Below are positions 1 to 7,865 of a stretch of DNA of 25,708 nt, in pieces. Both the position numbers and the translations under genes were made by a program. Below the pieces are notes generated by a model, which did not search any database, was not told the DNA's origin, and was given only the letters and a program-made list of their open reading frames with translations. Within the stretch, counting starts at the first letter, position 1, and the number at the start of each line of letters is the position of its first letter. The stretch is taken from the NCBI GenBank assembly GCA_046731995.1, contig JBKPMB010000294.1, positions 1 to 25,708 of the forward strand, given 5' to 3'. Source of the stretch: Thermoproteota archaeon. Its GTDB lineage: Archaea; Thermoproteota; Nitrososphaeria; Nitrososphaerales; Nitrososphaeraceae.

Positions 1-42
1 GTTAGTCTGCTATGTTATTTAGTTAGTCTGCTATGTGGATTT
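1..42. repeat. 21-bp tandem duplication (2 units) overlapping the stop codon of the antiporter gene
   Basis: Units 1-21 (gttagtctgctatgttattta) and 22-42 (gttagtctgctatgtggattt) share their first 15 nt exactly. The minus-strand stop (cta at 31-33) lies in unit 2 and is copied at 10-12. The window edge truncates the context. Confidence 0.6.
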
Positions 43-1254
43 CTCCTCTGCTGTGATTTGTTTTTTGTAAGATTTTCTAAGCCATATAGGACTTACAACT
101 GTAGTCGCTGCTACCATTATAATGACAGCAGTATAGATGTCTGTTGATAGCACTCCTGATGTAACTCCTACTCCTGCTACAATTAAACCTACTTCTCCTC
201 TCGAAATCATGCCTATTCCAACTCTCATCGATTTGGTTTTGTCTTTTAAAAATATCAATGAAGGAATACCGCATCCAACAAGTTTGGTTACTATGGCTAC
301 AGTCACAATTACAACAGAAAGAACTAGTACATTGATGTTAACTCCACGAAGGTCTACTTGTGCTCCTATTATAGCAAAAAACAAAGGTGCAAAGATTATT
401 TCGAGTTTATCAACGTATTCTTCAACTCTTTTTATTATCTTTGTACTAGATACTGCCATTCCTACTGCAAAGGCTCCAACAATAGGAGACAAACCTACAA
501 ATGCTGAGATCGCTGCGGCTCCAAAGAACGACGCTGTTGTAATTCCCTCTATACTTCCTTTGGATTTCCATAATTTTTCTACATGGAGAATCCTTGGAAC
601 TACAAACACGGCCCCACCTAATAAGACCGCAAATAGGATCAGAATCTTTGATATTAAAAATATTATACTACCAATATCAGGAGCTGTATTTCCAGTTTGT
701 ACCATTGTAGTGACTACAGATAAAACTGCAATTGCAAGTATATCATCGACAATGGCTGCACCTAAAATTAATTTAGCTTCTCTTGATTGCATCTTACCTA
801 GTTCTGTTAATACCTGAATTGATATTGCAATACTTGTAGCTGTTAGTGCTGTTGCAACTAGCATGGATTCTAAAGATTCCAAGCCAAATAGAACAAATAC
901 AAAATAACCAACGAAGAAAGGGACCACAACTCCAAGCCCACCTACGGTAAACGAAGCAGCTCCCCCTTTCACAAATTCTCTTGGTGTAATTTCTAATCCT
1001 GCTATAAACAAAATGACTACTGCAGATAGTCCGCCTATGTGAAGTACAGTCTCATCAAGAACAACAAGGGGTTTTCCATCAAAAAATGGTAAACCACCTA
1101 ATGCAAAAGGGCCTACAATAATACCGGCCATAAGCTCCCCCAACACTATGGGCATTTTTATCCTATGAAATAATTCAGCCATTAACTTCGCAGCAAAAAG
1201 TAATATTCCCAGTGAAAGCACTATGTGAAGAAAAGCTGCCTGTTCTATTGCCAT
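31..1254 (-). CDS. Cation:proton antiporter, CPA2 / Na+/H+ exchanger family (membrane domain only, no RCK domain)
   Basis: 407-aa ORF that is hydrophobic throughout (about 11-13 predicted helices). The N-terminus LLFAAKLMAELFHRIKMPIVLGELMAGIIVGPFALGG is the typical first two helices of Kef/NapA-type exchangers. Later GISRGEVGLIVA-like and AIVDDILAI segments fit the family. Confidence 0.8.
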   Translation of the reverse strand: MAIEQAAFLHIVLSLGILLFAAKLMAELFHRIKMPIVLGELMAGIIVGPFALGGLPFFDGKPLVVLDETVLHIGGLSAVVILFIAGLEITPREFVKGGAASFTVGGLGVVVPFFVGYFVFVLFGLESLESMLVATALTATSIAISIQVLTELGKMQSREAKLILGAAIVDDILAIAVLSVVTTMVQTGNTAPDIGSIIFLISKILILFAVLLGGAVFVVPRILHVEKLWKSKGSIEGITTASFFGAAAISAFVGLSPIVGAFAVGMAVSSTKIIKRVEEYVDKLEIIFAPLFFAIIGAQVDLRGVNINVLVLSVVIVTVAIVTKLVGCGIPSLIFLKDKTKSMRVGIGMISRGEVGLIVAGVGVTSGVLSTDIYTAVIIMVAATTVVSPIWLRKSYKKQITAEEKST

Positions 1255-1408
1255 GGTAAGTTAGTAATTGTTAATACAGATAAGCCATATCTTAAAAGTT
1301 AGGATGTTATTTTATTTGCGAGTTTTGTTGCATACTCCATAATTAGTTGGTTACCTTCAATCATACAAGTCAGTATTTCATTTCATATGCCTTCGTGAAT
1401 AAGTTTAG

Positions 1409-1636
1409 TCAAGATAGGCTTAGAGGCCGGCTAGCATCATCATCTGATTCATGAAGATAGCCTAGTACACTCTCGGAAACATTCCCAGGGTCTATATGGC
1501 TCTTTGCTAACATAACTATTAACCGATCTGATTCATAGATTCTGATAACTCTTATTTTATCATATTCTGAAATGTCTCATATGTGTTTGCCACCAAACAG
1601 GTTTGTCTGCTCTTCCTCCTCCTCCTCTTCTTTCAT
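1409..1636 (-). pseudogene. Small acidic ORF (76 codons) interrupted by a single in-frame TGA; function unknown
   Basis: Hand translation from ATG (minus 1636) gives MKEEEEEEEQTNLFGGKHI, then TGA (1577-1579), then DISEYDKIRVIRIYESDRLIVMLAKSHIDPGNVSESVLGYLHESDDDASRPLSLS and a stop at 1409-1411. Both parts are in the same frame. Confidence 0.25.
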
Positions 1637-1796
1637 AAATCTTAGCTTTAAATTTGATTGAATAGCTTGAACATATGAATTGTCAATTTTTGCACCATTG
1701 TACTGATAGTTATCGGAGAAAGTAAAAAATATCCGTAAGTAATTAGACACTAGTTCGATATGTTATTAACCTATATTGACTAATTTAAATTGCAAT

Positions 1797-3395
1797 ATGA
1801 TAAGTAAGAAGGCTTGCTGTCGTATTTTCAATGGAAAAATGAGATTGATTTCTTTAGTAGTCTTGAGCATACTTTTATTGAGTATTACAACCACGACTAC
1901 AGTTCTAGTTAGTGACTCAAATACTGCTTTAGCTCAATCACGATCTGGCTCATCAACACCTCCAAGTTCGAATGATATTGGAGGAAGCAATAATACTATT
2001 GCCAACAAAATATCAGAACAACAAGGACGACAATTACAACAACAACAAAGCCAATTATCTTCATCAACACCTTCCTCTTCCTCATCATCGCAACAACCAC
2101 CACAACCACCAAAAACTCATGAGTATACGCTTATAGCAGAAAATACTACGCTTGAAATAGCTCCTGGACTTCGTGTTGATGCCTGGACCTATAACGGTAC
2201 TGTTCCTGGACCCACTATAACAGCAACTGAAGGCGATAGAGTGATAATTCATTTCATTAACAAAACACCTCTTCCTCATACAGTTCATTTACATGGAGAC
2301 CATCCTAGTCAAGAAGACGGAGTATTTGAGCAAGTAGGACCAAATCAAACATATACTTATGATTTTATAGCAGAGCCCGCTGGTGCACTAGCATATCACT
2401 GTCATGTTCCACCAGTAATGCAGCATGTAAGAATGGGTTTGTATGGAGCATTCATAGTGTATCCAAAAACTCCATTACCTCCAGCAAGAGAATATGTTTT
2501 GGTAGACGGGGAATACGATACTCAAAACCAATTAAATCCAATTCCAGAATACTACATGTTCAATGGTTATACAGAGCAATATCAATTGCATCCGCTTCCT
2601 GCTAGGACTAACGAAACAGTAAGAATATACCTGATAAACCTGGGTCTATCTCCAGCGTATGGTATGCACATTCACGGAACTTTGTTCAAAGCATATCCTT
2701 CTGGAATATTGGAGAATCCTACATTCAAAGTGCAGTCATGGGAACTAGCATCAGGCAATACTGCAATATTGGAAGCAAAATGGCCATGGCCAGGTAAGTT
2801 TACATTCCATTTCCATGGCATACCCGAAGAGAGAGGAGCAATGGGGTACTTTAACGTAACAAATGCTCCTACTAATGCGATAGATGGAAAGGATGTAGCT
2901 ATTACAAAGTCTGTAAACATGAATGATTGGCAAATGAACCTATCTAAGAGCTTACAAAAGGCAGATCCAAATGGAAAGGTAACAGCAGTAGCTGCAAGTG
3001 CAAACGAAGAACACCGTGGAATGATGGGTGGAATGCAAATGGGAATGGAAAAACACGGGAAAGCTTCTTCTCCCTCATCTACTGCCACTAACAATGCAAC
3101 ACAAGTATCAATTGCAAAAGGAGCAACCACCTTAGGTAACAAAGCATTTTCACCAGACCATATCAAGGTAAAAGTTGGTGGTACTGTTATTTGGACCAAT
3201 GACGACAATAATATCCACACGGTTACATCAGGTCCACCTAATGCTCCTAACGCAGGACAAGTATTCGATTCAGGCTTAACATCGCTGATAAGTCCATCTA
3301 AAACTTATTCACACAAATTTACAAATGCTGGAGAGTTTTCTTACTTTTGTAGACTACACCCTACGATGGTAGGAGAAATAGAAGTGGTTCCCTAA
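1797..3395 (+). CDS. Secreted two-domain multicopper oxidase (type-1 Cu in domain 1, HCH trinuclear-site motif) fused to a C-terminal plastocyanin/amicyanin-like cupredoxin
   Basis: Copper motifs are HTVHLHG, YHCHVPPVMQHVRMGLYG (HCH...H...M), YGMHIHG and FTFHFHG. The C-terminal domain has IHTVTSG and YFCRLHPTMVG (C-x2-H-x2-M). A signal-anchor MRLISLVVLSILLLSITTTT is followed by a Q/S/P low-complexity linker. The track ORF begins at TTG 1776. ATG 1797 or ATG 1839 are more likely starts. Confidence 0.85.
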   Translation: MISKKACCRIFNGKMRLISLVVLSILLLSITTTTTVLVSDSNTALAQSRSGSSTPPSSNDIGGSNNTIANKISEQQGRQLQQQQSQLSSSTPSSSSSSQQPPQPPKTHEYTLIAENTTLEIAPGLRVDAWTYNGTVPGPTITATEGDRVIIHFINKTPLPHTVHLHGDHPSQEDGVFEQVGPNQTYTYDFIAEPAGALAYHCHVPPVMQHVRMGLYGAFIVYPKTPLPPAREYVLVDGEYDTQNQLNPIPEYYMFNGYTEQYQLHPLPARTNETVRIYLINLGLSPAYGMHIHGTLFKAYPSGILENPTFKVQSWELASGNTAILEAKWPWPGKFTFHFHGIPEERGAMGYFNVTNAPTNAIDGKDVAITKSVNMNDWQMNLSKSLQKADPNGKVTAVAASANEEHRGMMGGMQMGMEKHGKASSPSSTATNNATQVSIAKGATTLGNKAFSPDHIKVKVGGTVIWTNDDNNIHTVTSGPPNAPNAGQVFDSGLTSLISPSKTYSHKFTNAGEFSYFCRLHPTMVGEIEVVP

Positions 3396-3490
3396 GTCCA
3401 GAAGACCTATTATTTTATCTTCTTTCTTTCTTTTTATAGAATCCTCATCATCAATTATTCTACTTCCTCCTAACCTATGATCTTTCTCAG

Positions 3491-3687
3491 CTAGACCTTA
3501 TTACTATCTTCATCACTATAAAACTTGAGGGCTAGCCTAAAAAAAGCATCAAATATATCATTATACGATGTAGGTTCTTTCTCTAAAGTACTGTCGTTAT
3601 CCACGGCAGTTTTTTGAGTGCCGTTATCAGCTTGTCAAAGCTGTCTGGATTGATAGCAATTTTTCTTGATTTCTGTTCTAATATCAT
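3491..3687 (-). pseudogene. Frameshifted copy (repeat A1) of the small terminase-large-subunit-like C-terminal fragment found intact at 12567-12764
   Basis: Minus-strand translation gives MILEQKSRKIAINPDSFDKLITALKK, then a frameshift in the T-run at about 3610-3616, then AVDNDSTLEKEPTSYNDIFDAFFRLALKFYSDEDSNKV and a stop. It aligns at the nucleotide level with 12567-12764. Confidence 0.45.
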
Positions 3688-3762
3688 CTTGTGGTGTGTC
3701 CTAGCATGGTTTTATGTTCTCTATTGAAGTTTACACGAACTATTCTTATGCCCTCGCTTATC

Positions 3763-3885
3763 AAAATCAAACTAAGTGGATATTAGTTAGCTGTTGTTTT
3801 AGTTAGCTGTTCCCATAACTTGCTTATCATTGATATACACTAAGAATACATAAGTGACTATCTCCATCTAGTTTGATATTTTAAA
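3763..3885 (+). repeat. Repeat B1: conserved upstream/promoter cassette (contains a 16-nt internal tandem ttagttagctgtt and a TATA-like tattttaaa)
   Basis: Aligns with 12357-12460 (cataacttgcttatcattgatatacacta versus cgtaacttgcttatgattgatatacacta, and so on). Its last 29 nt (actatctccatctagtttgatattttaaa, 3857-3885) recur exactly at 16706-16734. Confidence 0.7.
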
Positions 3886-3938
3886 CTCTAGTATTATTAG
3901 GAGTAGTATTAGTAGCAGCAACACTAGTCATATCAGCA

Positions 3939-4469
3939 TTGGCAGTGGCACCAGCGCTAGCAGGGGGCCAAGACAAAAGGGACAAATACGACAAAAAAGG
4001 AGATAGCAGCGCTACAGTTACAAAACAAGCAAGCAAGCAAAAGGGAGTCCTAAGTGGATTTGTTATTTTTGATGATCAAGACGCGGATAACTGCATAGTC
4101 GTATTAAACGATGCTAATGCATGCCGAGAACAAGGACAACAAGTAACACCACCAACACCACCACCAGAAGTAGGCTGTCCAGACAATACTCTTTACAATG
4201 TAATACTTAGAGAAAACCTAAACGATGGCACTACTATACCCGAAGGAACGATATTGTGTCTGCCTAAAAAACTTGGAGACCAAACAGCAACTATTTCTAC
4301 TGAGACACCTGTGGATTCTATTACTTCATTTGAAGTAGTAGTAGCAAATCCAAATCTGGACCCATGTCCAGAAAGCCCCATCCCTGGATTCTCTCCTGCA
4401 AAAGTGGACTCTGGAGACCCGGGTAACCCAATAGGTCAACATGGCACAGTCTGTATAAAAAAGCAATAG
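3939..4469 (+). CDS. Small secreted Cys-containing protein of unknown function (start codon problematic)
   Basis: 176-aa ORF from TTG 3939. The in-frame upstream codons 3885-3938 encode TLVLLGVVLVAATLVISA, which continues into LAVAPALAGG. That is a signal-peptide h-region plus an AxA site, but it has no ATG/GTG/TTG. The mature part has a PPTPPP linker and 6 Cys. A T-tract follows the stop. Confidence 0.6.
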   Translation: MAVAPALAGGQDKRDKYDKKGDSSATVTKQASKQKGVLSGFVIFDDQDADNCIVVLNDANACREQGQQVTPPTPPPEVGCPDNTLYNVILRENLNDGTTIPEGTILCLPKKLGDQTATISTETPVDSITSFEVVVANPNLDPCPESPIPGFSPAKVDSGDPGNPIGQHGTVCIKKQ

Positions 4470-4500
4470 CACAAAGTAGTGGTATAACTACTACTAACCC

Positions 4501-4512
4501 TTTTTATTTTTT
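4501..4512 (+). terminator. Oligo-T tract (tttttatttttt), a candidate archaeal intrinsic terminator
   Basis: T5-A-T6 lies 32 nt downstream of the stop codon at 4467-4469. Archaeal RNA polymerase terminates at oligo-T. Confidence 0.35.
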
Positions 4513-4739
4513 GAAAAACTATACAAGATAAATTCTAGACGTGAGCGACAGATGTATGTTATAAATTGAGTGAACGATTTTGACTGAGAATGCAGTTTGA
4601 AGAGAGACTATTCAAGGTTAATTGTCTACGGCCGTTCTTTGGTTTGAAAAGCTAGCATCTTTTGTAAGGACAACTCAGGGAGCAAATTTCCGAGTCAATT
4701 TCTTGAATTTTTAGCAGCAACCGAAATTGACTTTTTTAG

Positions 4740-5600
4740 TTATTTTCTTACTATTCCTTTCATTACAGCAAACCCTTCAAGTATCTTTAAAATAAATATC
4801 CCTATGCTTAATAATGGATGTTTAATCAAGGTCTTCCAATTGCCATTTGCTAGCAATAGTTTAACTCTCGCTATTACGCTTGCCTGCACACGAGCGCGGT
4901 CTCGATATTTTTTCGAATATAATGGCATGTTCGTACAATAATAATGCTTCTTGTGAAGCCATTTAATAAGATCAATATCGCCTTCATCGTGTAATATAAA
5001 GGAAGAAGTTATTCTGGCATTAACATTCATCCCAATATTTTTTATCCTTTCTGGAAGAGTGCTTTCTTCAAAAAATATAATATCTTCATCAAATCCACCA
5101 GCAGCAATAACAAATTTTTTTCTAAAAAAACGAGCCGACTCTATCTCTGAGCCAGAGTACAAACCCTTCTCAAAATCTCTAACTTTAACCCAAAATCCAG
5201 AACCTATTGAATGCTCTGGTATTATTACTCCTGCAATATTATTATCATCTCCGGAACAAATTGTAATGCATTCTTCAATAACACGAGGCTGCAATATCAT
5301 ATCAGAGTCTATAAAAAGTAAAAATTCACCTCTTGATTTAGAAATAGCAACATTTTTTGCCTTACTTCTTTCATCGTCAATCAAAAGAATGTTTGCATTA
5401 AATTTGGATGCAATCTTAGTTGTATTATCAGAAGAAAGCTTATCAATTACAAAAATTTCAATATTCTTATAAGTTTGTTCTACTAGAGATTCCAGGCATT
5501 TTCCAATTGTCTTAGCTGAATTCACAGTAGGAATAATTACCGATACAAGTCCAGCAAAATCATTGTGATAATATGAATTTTCTTCATGTTCCTGGTTCAT
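4740..5600 (-). CDS. Glycosyltransferase family 2
   Basis: VSVIIPTVNSAKTIGKCLESLVEQTYKNIEIFVIDKLSSDNT is the N-terminal GT-A nucleotide-binding signature. A DSD (FIDSDM) DxD-like motif is present. Confidence 0.85.
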   Translation of the reverse strand: MNQEHEENSYYHNDFAGLVSVIIPTVNSAKTIGKCLESLVEQTYKNIEIFVIDKLSSDNTTKIASKFNANILLIDDERSKAKNVAISKSRGEFLLFIDSDMILQPRVIEECITICSGDDNNIAGVIIPEHSIGSGFWVKVRDFEKGLYSGSEIESARFFRKKFVIAAGGFDEDIIFFEESTLPERIKNIGMNVNARITSSFILHDEGDIDLIKWLHKKHYYCTNMPLYSKKYRDRARVQASVIARVKLLLANGNWKTLIKHPLLSIGIFILKILEGFAVMKGIVRK

Positions 5601-6087
5601 AGGAATATCTCAATCTTAAGTAAGTAGTTTATTTTACTATTCTATATACCAATTACTATCGGTCGTAAGCAAAGCGATATTACTAGAACATGAAGAATAG
5701 CATGCTAATGGATGTTAGCGAAAGCTATGATGCTGATGCGGAGTCAAATGAGAACCACAAAGCATTATCATTAACGCCAGATCAAAAAGGTAGCAATACG
5801 TGATCCTAACAATCCATCTTCAAAACTTAATCGTGTTAAGACATCAGCAGGAGCATCACACTACCGTCAGATATTTCTATAGCACATATACAGTTACTTA
5901 AGCATAGATGAAATTATAGGGCATTATCAAGACAAAAAGGAAACTGGCTTTTTCATGGATAAGATCTTATATAAGAGTACCAGATGAACACGCTGCATCA
6001 ATGCAGTAGTAGTATCTTTTTCTAGTATTTCTATCTACATGATTGACTTAAAAACTAGATATATAATAATATGGCTAAATACTTAAT

Positions 6088-7134
6088 ATGAACCACACAT
6101 GCTTCGCTTCTACAGTATTTTCAGTTGTAGTTAGCATATTACTTTTTGGTGTTTGGAGCAATGTCTATGTGTATGCACAACAATCATCTTCATCATCTAC
6201 ACCAATGGCATCTCTCCAACCATCACCAGCTGGTAGTAGTATCGCAACGATATCTCCACAACTCAAAGCAAAAATATGCGATCCTAGTAATCCAAGTCTC
6301 AAGGCAGTTAACACAACTGAATCGCTTATATGTGGTATTCCAAAAACAATAAAATCACCTGCATTATCATCACCGGCGCCGTCTACATCCTCATCAGCAG
6401 TTTCATCAACAACGCCGCAACAAACAACAACTACAAAGCCTATTGCGGCTGCTGCTCCAAAACAACAGCAGCAAATTGCAACTACAAATAATAATAATAC
6501 GAAAGCGGTTTCAGGAACAACTGGCGCAAAGGTCGCAACAATATCTCCAGTCGGCAATACCAGCAACAGATCATTATCATCAGCATTATCATCGCCACCA
6601 CCATTCCCTATAGTACCGCAACTAAACACTATAAGTCAACAACAACAGCATCAACAGCCACAAGTACTAACAACAATAAGCAATGGCACGGCTGGACAAA
6701 GCTACACATTTCAAACTTCAAATTCCCCACTACTGGGCTCTGGTAAACTAGTATATCTTGGCTATAATGGTGGTAGTACTGGTACTAGTAGTACTGATAG
6801 TAGCTCGCCAGACAAGAGCACTACAGATACCAAATCAAGTCATGATAGTGGCACTAGTACCTCAAAAGATAAGGAGAGATCCGATAACAACAAATCATCT
6901 GGTCATAAAAATGATGGTAGCAGCTCTCATACCAGCAGCTCTGATAAGAAGTCATCTGGTCATAAAAATGATAGTCACAAGCCATCATCATCATCAAAAA
7001 CAACATCTAAAGCAAAGGATCATACGCATCATGACAACAATGAAAGTAACAAAGCAAAGAAGGAGGGCAGCTCAAAAGGAAATAGTAATCACAAAGGTGG
7101 AGATAGCTTCTTTGATGGCGATCCCTTTTTTTAA
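6088..7134 (+). CDS. Secreted, intrinsically disordered Ser/Thr/Gln/Asn-rich protein with a His/Lys/Ser-rich C-terminal tail (mucin-like)
   Basis: The signal peptide is MNHTCFASTVFSVVVSILLFGVWSNVYVYAQQ. The rest is long S/T/Q/P low complexity. KSSGHKND is repeated (tcatctggtcataaaaatgat appears twice, 57 bp apart, around 6895 and 6952). The protein ends FFDGDPFF. Confidence 0.7.
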   Translation: MNHTCFASTVFSVVVSILLFGVWSNVYVYAQQSSSSSTPMASLQPSPAGSSIATISPQLKAKICDPSNPSLKAVNTTESLICGIPKTIKSPALSSPAPSTSSSAVSSTTPQQTTTTKPIAAAAPKQQQQIATTNNNNTKAVSGTTGAKVATISPVGNTSNRSLSSALSSPPPFPIVPQLNTISQQQQHQQPQVLTTISNGTAGQSYTFQTSNSPLLGSGKLVYLGYNGGSTGTSSTDSSSPDKSTTDTKSSHDSGTSTSKDKERSDNNKSSGHKNDGSSSHTSSSDKKSSGHKNDSHKPSSSSKTTSKAKDHTHHDNNESNKAKKEGSSKGNSNHKGGDSFFDGDPFF

Positions 7135-7427
7135 TTAGAGTGATGACCTTTAATTATGACATTAGCCACAAATTTCTACTCAGTTTCTCAGTATAGTGGA
7201 GATTCTGACTTTGCATCAAATCACTCTGTTCTCCATTCCAAGTGACTTGGACTTGAAGTAGTTTAATTTGCGGAACACTAGTTAGGCTAATTCGCTACCA
7301 TATCTAAAATGATAAAAGCTTTAGTGCAAGAGTAAGAAATAGAACAGTTAACTATGGTCTGAATAATATCTATCTGATTAATATCTGTTACTTCGATATT
7401 TCATATTAAAAAGATATAGTTCAAAGT

Positions 7428-7865
7428 ATGACAGGAACTTCTAAACCACACAACTCTAGGAATAGCTATCGCACTACGAATGGCTGCAATATTGATTGAA
7501 GGAAGCAATTTCAGAGTGCTACAAGCATATGCATTGGTTATAGACATTCCACGAGTCCAAAAATAGCAGTATCAGGGAGTAATGTCTATGTGGTGCGGAT
7601 ATATGATAACACTTATTCTCAAATATTGTTGAGGTCCAGCAAAGATAGTGGAAATTTCTTCAGTAGCATTATAGTTAGTCTGAATAATATCACTGCTAAC
7701 ACGAATTCGCATACTCCCCACATAGCAGTGTCAGGGAGTAACGTGTATGTGGTGTAGAGTAGTAGTAGTGATAGCAGTACTAGTAACAATGCTATTACAG
7801 GAAATGGTAATAATCACATTTACTTTAAACGAGTCAGCGAAACATTCTTTCCTAGAAATACTTAA
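7428..7865 (+). pseudogene. Decayed BNR/sialidase-like repeat protein gene (frameshifts plus an in-frame TAG)
   Basis: The frame open from 7500 reads ...KIAVSGSNVYVVRIYDNTYSQILLRSSKDSGNFFSSIIVSLNNITANTNSHTPHIAVSGSNVYVV, then TAG (7755-7757, where W is expected), then ...NNHIYFKRVSETF. The 33-nt core atagcagt(a/g)tcagggagtaa(t/c)gt(c/g)tatgtggtg repeats 160 bp apart. An N-terminal ATG at 7428 and a hydrophobic segment are in other frames. The track shows no ORF of 60 aa or more here. Confidence 0.55.

Noticed and set aside
137-817. 226-aa plus-strand ORF in the track
   Set aside because: It lies entirely antisense to the well-supported antiporter gene. The sequence is Thr/Pro/Ile-rich with no recognisable motif, as expected from the reverse frame of a hydrophobic membrane protein.
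1577-1579. Selenocysteine or programmed readthrough at the in-frame TGA
   Set aside because: I could not identify a SECIS-like structure, no Sec machinery is in view, and the lineage guess (Thaumarchaeota) is not known to use Sec. A nonsense mutation is the simpler explanation.
1255-1775. tRNA, rRNA or other structured RNA genes in the larger intergenic regions (1255-1775, 4470-4739, 5601-6087, 7139-8166, 18884-19241)
   Set aside because: I found no GC-rich segments of about 75 nt compatible with a cloverleaf and no rRNA-like conserved blocks by eye. This is a weak negative, and tRNAscan or Infernal should be run.
2672-3220. 182-aa minus-strand ORF (and smaller ones at 2085-2288 and 2751-2933)
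   Set aside because: They are antisense to the multicopper oxidase, whose copper motifs validate the plus frame. They have no features of their own.
5059-5472. Antisense ORFs inside GT2, propeller, beta-helix and GT4 genes (5059-5472, 13025-13312, 13591-13974, 14348-14599, 15555-15797, 19834-20175, 20374-20613, 22036-22260 and others)
   Set aside because: Each is nested in a longer ORF with clear family motifs on the other strand.
6146-7138. Alternative-frame or antisense ORFs 6146-6352, 6165-6629 and 6758-7138
   Set aside because: They are by-products of stop-poor repetitive codons in the low-complexity gene 6088-7134. Only the 6088 frame has a signal peptide and a start with an upstream TATA-like box.
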